From assembly GCA_019239955.1 (NCBI GenBank), contig JAFAZD010000348.1, positions 21,176 to 85,175 on the forward strand: a stretch of DNA of 64,000 nt. The letters are read 5' to 3'. The notes under the pieces were generated by a model that worked only from the letters and a program-made list of their open reading frames with translations, was not told the origin of the DNA and did not search any database. The translations under genes and the position numbers were made by a program. Positions within the stretch are counted from its first letter, which is position 1. Each line of letters begins with the position of its first letter. This DNA is from Armatimonadota bacterium (GTDB lineage Bacteria; Armatimonadota; Armatimonadia; Armatimonadales; Capsulimonadaceae). This document shows positions 26,244-34,752 of the stretch, in pieces.

Positions 26244-27239
26244 ATGCACATCCCGAAGATCATCCACCACATCTGGGTGGGCCCCGCGCCCCTCCCCGCA
26301 CCCGCCCGTCACTACATCGGCACCTGGCGGCACCACCACCCCGGCTGGCGGATGCGCCTCTGGACCGACGACAACCCCCCGCCCCTGCGCAACCGCGCCC
26401 TCTACGACGGCTTCACCAATCCCGGCGCCCGCTCCGACATCCTCCGCTACGAGCTCCTGGCCCGCTTCGGCGGCGTCTACGCCGACACCGACGTGGAGTG
26501 CCTGCGGCCCCTCGACCCCCTGGCCCGCACGGCGACCGCCTTCCTCGGCGACATCGCCCCCCAGCACACCGAGACCGGCCCCCAGCGCCTCGAGATCGCC
26601 GTGCTCGCCGCCGCGCCCGGCCACCCCTTCTTCGCCCAGGTCCTGGCCCACCTGGAACCCTGGGCGCAGGCCTTCCGCCCCTTCACCTCCGCGCTCAGCA
26701 CCGGGCCCCAGTTCCTCGAGCGCCAGCTCGCCCTGTGGGGCCACCGCCCGGCGGCGGGCACCCCGGGGTCGGGCGTGACGCGGCTGCCCCCGGCCTGCTT
26801 CTACCCCTTCGGCTGGCAGGAGCGGCCGGCGCCGGGGGCGCGCTTCCCCGACTCCTACGCACTCCACCACTGGTGGGGCAGCTGGCACACCGACGCCGTG
26901 GAGCCGGTGGGGCCGGTCTGCACCCTGCTCAGCGAGCGCCTCTACCCCCGCTTCCGCCAGTTCATGGCGGCCCTCCCCCCGGAGGAGCGGGCCGCGGCGG
27001 AGGCGGTGCTGCTGGACGAGTGCCGGGGGCAGGCCGCCAGCGCTAACGACTTCTACCGGCTGGCGGCGGCCACGGTGCTGGCGAACCTGCCCCAGGCGGA
27101 GGCCCGGGCGCTGCGAGAACGGCTGTGTCGGGACCGTAACGCTGCCGTCGCGGAGACGGCGCGCCGGGGATCTCCAGCCGGAGATGGAGGGCCCGGTGTC
27201 AAACGCCGTGAAGAAGTGGTTGATCCGCAAATCTGGTGA
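26244..27239 (+). CDS. GT32-like glycosyltransferase (DXD sugar transferase). The 3' tail is supplied by an IS end.
   Basis: IPKIIHHIWVG, SDILRYELLARFGGVYADTDVECL. The last ~9 codons lie inside the ISL3 terminal repeat that starts near 27214. Confidence 0.8.
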   Translation: MHIPKIIHHIWVGPAPLPAPARHYIGTWRHHHPGWRMRLWTDDNPPPLRNRALYDGFTNPGARSDILRYELLARFGGVYADTDVECLRPLDPLARTATAFLGDIAPQHTETGPQRLEIAVLAAAPGHPFFAQVLAHLEPWAQAFRPFTSALSTGPQFLERQLALWGHRPAAGTPGSGVTRLPPACFYPFGWQERPAPGARFPDSYALHHWWGSWHTDAVEPVGPVCTLLSERLYPRFRQFMAALPPEERAAAEAVLLDECRGQAASANDFYRLAAATVLANLPQAEARALRERLCRDRNAAVAETARRGSPAGDGGPGVKRREEVVDPQIW

Positions 27240-27278
27240 AGGCCGAGCAGGCAGGCGGGCCAGTGGAAAAATGCCCCA

Positions 27279-28064
27279 TTAGCCGGGGGCCAGCACCCGC
27301 GCCCGCAACAGGTCGAAGCCCGCGCGCCCGTACATAGAACGTTTGAGCAGCTTCAGACGGTTCACCTGGCCCTCCGTCTGCCCGTTGCTCTACCCCGACG
27401 AGAGGCCCGCCGCCACGGCCGCCTTGTTCTGGACCATGCTCAGGGCGAAGCCCGCCAGTTCTGGCAGACCGCTCCGCCGGGCCAGAGCAAGCCAGCCGTC
27501 CAGGCCCGCCGCGCGTCGCTCGCGCACCAGGCGCCCGAAGCCGCAGGCCATCTCCTGCGCCGCCCGGATCGCCGGGCACAGCGTATGAAGCCGCACGACG
27601 AAGGCAGTCTGCTCGGCGCTCAGCCTCTCCGGCGGGCGCAAGAGCAGCCACAGCACCGACCGGGGAGAGGGAGTGGGCGTCCGGGGCAGGTGAAACGGGG
27701 TGCGCCCGCGCCGCTGCTCTTTGGGGAGCGCCTGCCGCCACGGGGCGACGTGCCGCTGCACCACCTCGACGGAGCCGGCGAAGCCCAGCCCTTGCAGCTC
27801 CCGCCACAGCATGGCGGCGTTGTGGCAGCCCGCCTCCCAGCGCCGCCGCAGGTACGCGGCGAACGGGTCGGCGCCGGTGGGCCGGCGCGGGCGGGGCGCG
27901 CTCTCGGGGAAGTCCGGGGCGCGGATCAGGCGCCGGACGCAGTTGCGGGAGAGGCCCAGCGCCGTGGCGATGGCGCGGGCGCTGACGCCCTGCCGGTGCA
28001 GGCCGACCACCTGCTCGTAGCGGGCCAGCCGCCGCTGACGCCTGGCCCGAGTGATGAACGTCAA
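27279..28064 (-). pseudogene. ISL3-family transposase, C-terminal third only, with an in-frame stop.
   Basis: AYLRRRWEAGCHNAAMLWRELQGLGFAGS. LSSG-TAG-SNGQTEGQVNRLKLLKRSMYGRAGFDLLRARVLAPG, with TAG at 27390-27392 where Trp is expected. Confidence 0.7.
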
Positions 28065-28182
28065 TTAGAAGTCCTGGCGCATTGCCTCACGAGATTCCTA
28101 ACTTTTAGCAGGTTGTTGCCTCATCAAGAACCTAACCCTAACCAGTGGCTGTCGCATTCGCTCAAGCCGCTGGAGGGACAAC

Positions 28183-28960
28183 ATGAGGCAAAAGATGAGC
28201 TTGACCACACGCAAAGAACTGATCGGCAGTGTCGCGCCGGGCTACCGGCGGGCCACCGGGCGACAGAAGGGACGCATCCTCGATGAGTTCGTTGCCGCCA
28301 CCGGCTACGCCAGGAAGCACGCCATCGCCGTACTCGGACGCGGCGACACCGCCGGTCCTCCCTCCTGCCGACGTCGGAAACGCCGCTATGACGACGCGGT
28401 GCTCGCCGCCTTGGTCGCCCTCTGGCGCGCCGCCAATGGCATCTGCGCCAAGCGGCTCGTCCCCTTCCTGCCCGAACTGGTGGAGGCCCTGGAGCGGGGC
28501 GGGCATCTGTCACTGGCCCCCGACGTCCGGGACAGGCTGCTCGCCATGAGTATCGCCACCGCGGACCGGCTCCTGGCACCCGAGCGCCGCAAAGACGGGC
28601 GGGGCGTGGGCACTACCCGGCCCGGTCCGCTCCTCAAGCGCCAGATCACCGTGCGCACCTTCGCCGATGCGTACCTTCGCCGACTGGGACGACGGTCAGC
28701 CCGGCTTCTTGGAGATCGACCTGGTCGCCCACTGCGGCCAGTGGGCCGGCGGCTCGTTCCTGAACACCCTGGTGCTGACCGACGTGGCGACGGGGTGGAC
28801 CGAGTGCCGCCCGCTGCTCCACCGCAGTGAGGCCGGCGTCACCGACGCGATCACGCAGGTGCGCCAGTCCTTGCCCTTCTGCGTCCGAGGCCTGGACACC
28901 GACAACGGTAGCGAGTTCATCAACTACGAGATGCTCCGCTACGCTGAGATTGACGCTCAT
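28183..28960 (+). pseudogene. rve (integrase-core) DDE transposase, frameshifted and 3'-truncated.
   Basis: GRILDEFVAATGYARKHAI. FLEIDLVAHCG...GLDTDNGSEFIN. An imperfect 16-nt duplication (28655-28667 / 28671-28683) shifts the frame. Homology ends near 28955. Confidence 0.6.
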
Positions 28961-29368
28961 CACGCACGGCAGGCGTCGGCCCCGGGCTGCTCCTGCTTAG
29001 CAAGCGAGCTTTAGAGGCGGCCTCAGCACGTTTTCTCGCGTTCTGATTTCGCCAGCAGACTCTATGCTCCTGCGGGGCACCGCCGGGAATGAAAATGGGC
29101 TATTTTCGGAGCAGTATCAAATATGCGGATCAACCGTTTACCATGAACGTTCACAGCTTCGCGTATCGGACACGTAGCGGACACGCAGCGGGTCCGCGGC
29201 CGCCGGGGAGACAATGGGGTGGCCTCCGTAACGGGTAGGGACCGAGGTCGCCGCCCGGTCATCAAGCGGGAGCAAACCACGGGGACTTCACGGCCCAAAA
29301 GCCGAGGACGGCTTACTCGGTCTCGGAACAAGGCACGGGGAACGGGTCAGCGCCATGTGTGTGTCGGG

Positions 29369-30310
29369 TCAGCGCCGCGCTGGCGTGTCGTCATACCCCA
29401 ACTCCCGGGGGTCGTGCGTGCTCTTCACCAAATCTCCCTCCAACACGAGCCCGTGACAGAATCTACCCTGGCGGCTGCGAATCAGCCAGAGGGGGCGCTC
29501 GGCGTTTCCGGCAGTGACACCGTCATCGTCGTAAGGCCTGCGTCCGGCGGCGCGGCCGTTCCACTCGATAGGGCTGCGGCACCCCTCCGTGGTGTCGAAC
29601 CGGCGGTAATCGGGCACGTAGGCCGCCGCCCACAGGTCCGGGGCATGGGCGAATCGGCCCAGGCCCGGCCGCAGCAGCGACAGCAACTCCCCGTAGGAGT
29701 GGACGTTGGGCACCGCCTGATGGTTCGTCACGTACTCCCGAAGTGCCCGCCGCAGATCGGAGTCCTCCAGGTAGTAGACTCGTGTTGCGTAGACCTGGGC
29801 CTCCAGCCCCGGGTAGGGGCGGGACGGGATCAGCAGCACCGCCAGCCCCACCGGTACGCCCGCCAGGTGGACCGCCAGGCAGCGGGAGACGACGTGCCAG
29901 GGGCGCGGCGGCGTCGGGCCTCCCGCCGTGGCCTCCTGCCCAGGCGAGGCGTTCCCGCCCTTGCCCCAGTTCGCGGCCTTGCCCCAGAAGCGCGCCTCGG
30001 CCAGGGCCGAGAGGACCCCGAACCCGGTGAACAGCAAGAGGGATCGGCCAAAAGGGTCGGGGTTCAACTGGTTCCCATAGAAACCCAGGAAGGCGCAGGC
30101 GATGCCGGAGAAGAGGCCGCGGATGAGGGCCGTGACGGTGTTGGCCTTGAGGGAGCAGCCCAGCGCCCGCGCGGGGGGGATCCGCAGCCACCAGCCCATG
30201 GCAGCCGCCTCAAAGGCGACCGTGACGGCGACGTAGGCCAGCCAGGGTCCCCAGTCGAATGTGGCGAGCGCCAGGCCCATGGCCCCGTTGGCTGAGGCCG
30301 GCGCGGGCAT
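29369..30310 (-). CDS. Hypothetical membrane protein (N-terminal TM helices, soluble C-terminal domain).
   Basis: 313-aa ORF with good G/C at third codon positions. Hydrophobic segments WLAYVAVTVAFEAAAMGWWL, LIRGLFSGIACAFLGF and LLLFTGFGVLSAL. Confidence 0.5.
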   Translation of the reverse strand: MPAPASANGAMGLALATFDWGPWLAYVAVTVAFEAAAMGWWLRIPPARALGCSLKANTVTALIRGLFSGIACAFLGFYGNQLNPDPFGRSLLLFTGFGVLSALAEARFWGKAANWGKGGNASPGQEATAGGPTPPRPWHVVSRCLAVHLAGVPVGLAVLLIPSRPYPGLEAQVYATRVYYLEDSDLRRALREYVTNHQAVPNVHSYGELLSLLRPGLGRFAHAPDLWAAAYVPDYRRFDTTEGCRSPIEWNGRAAGRRPYDDDGVTAGNAERPLWLIRSRQGRFCHGLVLEGDLVKSTHDPRELGYDDTPARR

Positions 30311-30387
30311 CAGCAGTCACACAAGAGCGAAGAGGAGCGGTCGGAACCTGCGCACACGGTCAGTGAGGTAATCCATGGTGTGAACGT

Positions 30388-30658
30388 TCATGGCTGAGTA
30401 AAGATGACCCGCTCACAGCCCGCGTTGTCGCAGAAGAAGCGGCGGGCCGTGAGCCTCAGGCGGACGGCGATGGCCCGCCGGGGCAGGTCGGCGACGGTCC
30501 TCTCGTAACGGCTGTGGACGCGCGAGGGAGTGGTGGCCGCAGAGGGGACAGGCTGCCCCTGGCTGGACGCTCGTGAGCCGGAGCGTGCGGGCACCCCCGG
30601 CCGGGGCGATGCACTCCAGGTGGAGTAGGTTCGGGGCGGGCAGCAAGGTGGTCTCCAT
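30388..30658 (-). pseudogene. ISL3-family transposase N-terminal zinc-finger fragment, frameshifted.
   Basis: METTLLPAPNLLHLE...ACPLCGHHS in one frame. RVHSRYERTVADLPRRAIAVRLRLTARRFFCDNAGCERVIF in the next. Confidence 0.65.
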
Positions 30659-31079
30659 GCCGCAGGTTTCGCCACGGCTGAGGCTCTTCCTGCTATCGAG
30701 CAAGCATCAACTCATCAAATGCGCGGGAGAACCACTTTTACAAGGCGTATGACAGCGGAAGCCCTGCCGACGCAGAGGGCCCCGCTTAGACCATCGCGGA
30801 TATGGGGGGGCCTTCGTCATAGCCGTCAGGGGCACCCGCCCGACGCTGGCTAAGAAGATTCTGCCCCATCAAAGCCTGCTTTTTGGGCCATCGGGTGGCT
30901 CACAGTTACGGCGCATAGTGGCTCATCTGCAATCGGCGTTTGACATCTGGTTGGCGGACACAATAGGCGAAGCTGGAGCGCCCCAGGCTTGCTAGCCTAC
31001 CGCCGGTGGCAAGCGCGTCTCTGGGAAAGGCCCAGGCGAATCATCAGGACGGCTCCCGCCCGCCTCTGCGGGGCTCCGG

Positions 31080-31374
31080 TCAGTTTTTTGCCAGCACTTG
31101 CCTCATGACATCGACTTCGAGGTCACGCTCGGCGAGGAGCCGCTTGAGGCTTCATTGAGGTGAGGCGGGCGTTCTCGGATTCGAGTTCCTTGATCTGCCG
31201 GGCTTCGGGCACATCCAGGCCGCCGAACCCGCGGCGCCAGATGTAGAAGGTGTTCTCGGCGCTGCCATATTCTTTGCAGGGCGCAGTGATCGGCTTCTCG
31301 CCGCGCTCGGCCTGCTGCAAAATGCGGACGATCTGTTCGTCCAAGGGCCGTGGTTTCTTCAAGAGACTCTCCAT
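31080..31374 (-). pseudogene. IS3-family OrfA (HTH) remnant with a small insertion and no OrfB.
   Basis: PRPLDEQIVRILQQAERGEKPITAPCKEYGSAENTFYIWRR...RQIKELESENARL. The expected KRLLAERDLEVDVMRQVLAKN continues out of frame. Confidence 0.6.
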
Positions 31375-31425
31375 TTTCTAGGAAGAGTCTAACCTTTTCC
31401 GTGGCCCCATTTCCGGGGGAGCAGG

Positions 31426-32151
31426 TCACACGTACGGCCACACTGGCTCTGGTCGCGGATCAGGGTGAGAAGGGAATGGCCACACTGGCCCCGGTTGCGG
31501 ATCACAAGGATCTGTAATCGAGAGGGCAGGCGGATACGGGAAAGGAAGATAAAGGTTCAGTTTGCCTTCGAGCTTACAGATCTTTTCCGCTCGGGCCTGC
31601 CATTTCCCTACCACGTTTTCGAGTGGGCCCTGCCAATAATACATAACACAATTGCCACACCGCAGGCAACATGACCGAGTGTATTGGGGTGAGTCACCCT
31701 CCCCAACCACATCCCTGTCGCAGCTCCAGCCAATCCGATCAAAGCAACTCTGTGTTTTCCAGCATCTTAAAGCAGCGGTTGCCACGTTTGTTCCGCTACA
31801 TAGGCCGTTCGCAATTTGCGCGATCCGCTCATATAGCATATTGGCAATCGAATCCACGTTCGTCAGGCATGCCAATGCGCATGATCTGGCCGAGAGGCCC
31901 GCCGGATCGGAAAGACCTACGGGTTTGTTAAGTACATATTGATACGCGTTTGCCTCATGTCGGAGGCTCGCCGCAGCTACTTGCTGCACCAACCTTGTTT
32001 GCCCAAGCCGGTGAGCAATGGGATCCCTGCTGGCCCACCGCCCCTTCTGGGCGTCCAGGTGCCTTGCTCTCACGTACTCCCTATTCGCGCCGTCGCGCCG
32101 GTAGCCCGCCTGCCCCCCGAACCGGTACGGGTTCACCGTCGTTCCCGCCAT
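31426..32151 (-). CDS. Stand-alone Rhs C-terminal tip plus a 155-aa Cys-rich toxin-like domain (orphan cassette with its own SD).
   Basis: NPYRFGGQAGYRRDGANREYVRARHLDAQKGRWASRDP...LSDPAGL, followed by a low-G+C Cys-rich tail. GGAGGGGGA Shine-Dalgarno before the ATG. Confidence 0.65.
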   Translation of the reverse strand: MAGTTVNPYRFGGQAGYRRDGANREYVRARHLDAQKGRWASRDPIAHRLGQTRLVQQVAAASLRHEANAYQYVLNKPVGLSDPAGLSARSCALACLTNVDSIANMLYERIAQIANGLCSGTNVATAALRCWKTQSCFDRIGWSCDRDVVGEGDSPQYTRSCCLRCGNCVMYYWQGPLENVVGKWQARAEKICKLEGKLNLYLPFPYPPALSITDPCDPQPGPVWPFPSHPDPRPEPVWPYV

Positions 32152-32294
32152 CTCCGTCCCCCTCCCGCCTTCGCGGCTACTCCGTCTCCCCTGCCAATCC
32201 GTCTCCCGACCCGCCAGCGCCCGGGCGTGTCGGCGCCCGCCCCCTCAGCACGAGGAGCCCGGGCCCGCCCCGCCGGCCGGCGGTCAGCCGGCGG

Positions 32295-32603
32295 TCAGCA
32301 CGAGGAGCCCGGGCCCGGCGGCGGCGGCAGCGAGGTCCCCCCCGACACCTCCAGGTCGATCGAGTAGACCTGGCACCCCCCCTGGTTGTCGTTGACGTCC
32401 ACCCAGATCCCGTACTGACCCAGCTGGGCGTCCGAGGGCGGCCGCACCGTCACGAACGCGCCCCCCAGGCGCAGGTCCGCCGTGATGTTCCAGTACAGCT
32501 GGGGGCCCTCCCCCGCGTACCGGACGTAGTCGCCCTGGCCGCACTGCGTGGGCTGCGGGTTGTAGATCAGGAAACTCGACGTCCCCCCGGCCACTGCGTT
32601 CAT
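32295..32603 (-). CDS. Hypothetical 102-aa beta-rich protein inside the split orphan Rhs cassette.
   Basis: GAAGGAGG Shine-Dalgarno 6 nt before the ATG, with good G/C at third codon positions. No recognisable family. Confidence 0.55.
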   Translation of the reverse strand: MNAVAGGTSSFLIYNPQPTQCGQGDYVRYAGEGPQLYWNITADLRLGGAFVTVRPPSDAQLGQYGIWVDVNDNQGGCQVYSIDLEVSGGTSLPPPPGPGSSC

Positions 32604-32840
32604 CCTGTGCCTCCTTCTGCCGTCTCACCCGGCAGGCCCTCGCCCGCCAATCGCTCTACCGCCAAACTCCCGCACGTCAAACTTCCGGGCGAACGCGCCC
32701 GAGCCCCACCTCGGAAATCCTCCACGGGAACCCGGTCCTCCGAGGGGAACCGCGCACCCAGCACTCCCCAGCGATCTGGCGGCCCCTCCACCGGGACGCC
32801 ACGCCTTCCGCTCCGCTCTCAGCCAACCTCCAGCGGCGTG

Positions 32841-33209
32841 CTATCCCTTCTCCTCGCCGAACGCCGTGGAGACGTAGGCGTCCGTCACGGCCCCCTGCCC
32901 GTCCGTCAGTGCCCGCGCGTTGGCCGACGGGTCGAACACGAAGAAGCTGCTCGCACTCCCCCGCCGCTGGCTCACCAGGCCGCCCCAGTACCCTGAACTG
33001 TCGGTGTAGTGCGCCTGCGTGTTCCCGGACCCGTCCGTGTCCAGCAGCACGTTCTGGCCGTCCCAGACGAACTGTGTCGTGAAGGTCATCGTCACCAGCG
33101 TCCGCCGCAGCCCGTCCGCCGCGTAGGCATACGTCTCCGCCGTCCTGTCCGGCAGCGCCATGAGCGTCAGCCAGTTTTCCGAGCCCCGCTCGTGTTCAGG
33201 CCAGCGCAT
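32841..33209 (-). pseudogene. Orphan Rhs core fragment ending just before the conserved tip.
   Basis: TAETYAYAADGLRRTL...TQFVWDGQNVLLDTDGSG...YVSTAFGEEKG-stop, which aligns with the main Rhs ...TQFVWDGLNLLLETNGSG...YVYTAFGEEKN. Confidence 0.65.
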
Positions 33210-33301
33210 TTTCTCACATTACTGATCTCACCAGTGTTATCAAACCCGCGGATGAATCATCTAGACTCGGCAAATGATAATAGCGATCAAACCAACCCGG
33301 A

Positions 33302-33508
33302 CTAGCCCTTTGGACGCTTGGATCGTGTGATCATAACCCTTACGCCAGCTTCAAGCAGATCGAAAAGAAAGCCTATCACCAGAGCAAAACCAGCGATTAT
33401 TAAGATCTGCAACATGACACTTAAGGAACTGAGCCAATACCTGTCAACAATCACAGCCAAGATTGCGCCTATCGCTCCACGAATATAGCTAACAACAGGG
33501 AGATTCAT
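33302..33508 (-). CDS. Small two-TM membrane protein; candidate displaced immunity protein for the main Rhs toxin.
   Basis: 68 aa in low-G+C DNA. Hydrophobic segments AIGAILAVIV and LQILIIAGFALVIGFLF. AAGG-type SD. Confidence 0.5.
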   Translation of the reverse strand: MNLPVVSYIRGAIGAILAVIVDRYWLSSLSVMLQILIIAGFALVIGFLFDLLEAGVRVMITRSKRPKG

Positions 33509-33739
33509 GGCCTTCTACCTTTAGAAACGAGTGCTAGCATGGTAACGGAATTTATTGCGTTTTTAGGCAGCCTTCTTGGAGCGGGTGCGCCAGAGCCTAG
33601 TACGCTCGGCGTTGTGCTTCTCGAACAGGAACAGGAACTGCTTACGCACGTTGCCGAAGATTCGTGCCGGTACCCACTGTATTGGCTTCACCATGCCGGA
33701 CTATCGTTGCCGCCATTTCATGGTCCACGCCTCCTACGG

Positions 33740-34017
33740 TCTGGCCGCTACTTTGCTCTGGCCCGGCGGAGCAGCCTGCCAGAACTGGCGGGCTTGGCCC
33801 AGGACAAGGCGGCTGTGGCGGAGGGGCTGGCCTCGGAATGGAGCAACGGGCAGACGGAGGGCCAGGTGAACCGGCTGAAGATGCTCAAGCGTTCTATGTA
33901 CGGGCGCGCGGGCTTCGATCTGTTGCGGGCGCAGGTGCTGGCCCCCGGCTAATGGGGCATCTTTCCGCTGTCCCGCCTGCCTGCCTGGGCTTCATCAGAA
34001 TTGCGGATCAATCATTT
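33740..34017 (+). mobile_element. Second ISL3 3' fragment (transposase C-terminus plus terminal repeat).
   Basis: WSNGQTEGQVNRLKMLKRSMYGRAGFDLLRAQVLAPG, then an end TTCATCAGAATTGCGGATCAATCATTT (33991-34017) matching the 27214 end. Confidence 0.6.
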
Positions 34018-34059
34018 CCTCATGAGCGTTGACAGGTGTCTTTAGGGTTTGTGCTTCGG

Positions 34060-34745
34060 CTGTGACACGCTCAAGCGCGCCTACCTGCTGGTGGCCAGTA
34101 TCTTCCGATCTGCCTTCGCCCTCCTACACCGCCTAGCCGCCCTGGTGGGGCGAATGACAGGCCACCCTCGGCCTCCAGGGCCTGAGCGGGCGGCTGTACC
34201 TGATGGACGGCCTGCCCGTGCCCGACTCAAGCCCATCAGCCACGGGCGGGTGCGCCTCTTGCACTAGGAAGGAGCCTACTTCGCTAACGCAGTTGGACGC
34301 AAGGGCAGCATGGGCTGATTCTTCGGCTTCAAGCGGCACGCCCTGGTCCACCACAGCGGAGCGATCCTATCGGCCGTGCGGCAGAAAATGATCCAGCCGC
34401 TGATCCCCGAGATGGTTCAGCCGGGGGCCCGAACCTTGGTGGACGAGTACGCCATCTACGCCCGTCTGCCGGAGTGGGGCTATGAGCACGGAAGCCTCTA
34501 CCACGCGCGACGCTGGGACGCCGCGATGAGGACGGCGAGGCTCCTGCCGGGTGCATGTCAACATTCTTGAGGGCTTCTGGCCGCTGCCGCACTCCTGGCT
34601 GCCCCGTGCCGGAGCGTCTCGCAGGAGCACCCCCCGCTATGCCTGGGCTTCGAGTTTTTCCACAACGCCCGTAGGCGTGGAAAAACTCTGCTCGGCCCTT
34701 GATCGGGCTACTGCTGACGTAGCTCCTCGAAAATTCGTTACGAGC
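34060..34745 (+). pseudogene. IS982-like DDE transposase fragment interrupted by an IS1595-like transposase C-terminal fragment, with multiple frameshifts.
   Basis: YLMDGLPVP...FFGFKRHALVHHSGAIL across frames. LVDEYAIYARLPEWGYEH and VNILEGFW...LPLYLGFEFFHNAR-like sequence across frames. Confidence 0.45.
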
Positions 34746-34752
34746 GACAAAG

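Larger units (their letters stand above)
27214..30737 (-). mobile_element. Degenerate ISL3-family element whose DDE core has been replaced by other DNA.
   Basis: Related inverted ends: AAGTGGTTGATCCGCAAATCTGGTGA (27214-) and TCATCAAATGCGCGGGAGAACCACTT (-30737). The transposase N-terminus and C-terminus lie at opposite ends. Confidence 0.55.

Noticed and set aside
33563-33694. 43-aa minus-strand ORF (MVKPIQWVPARIFGNVRKQFLFLFEKHNAERTRLWRTRSKKAA) between the ISL3 fragment and the 68-aa gene.
   Set aside because: It is too short, has no SD, and I recognise no family. It is probably another transposase scrap.
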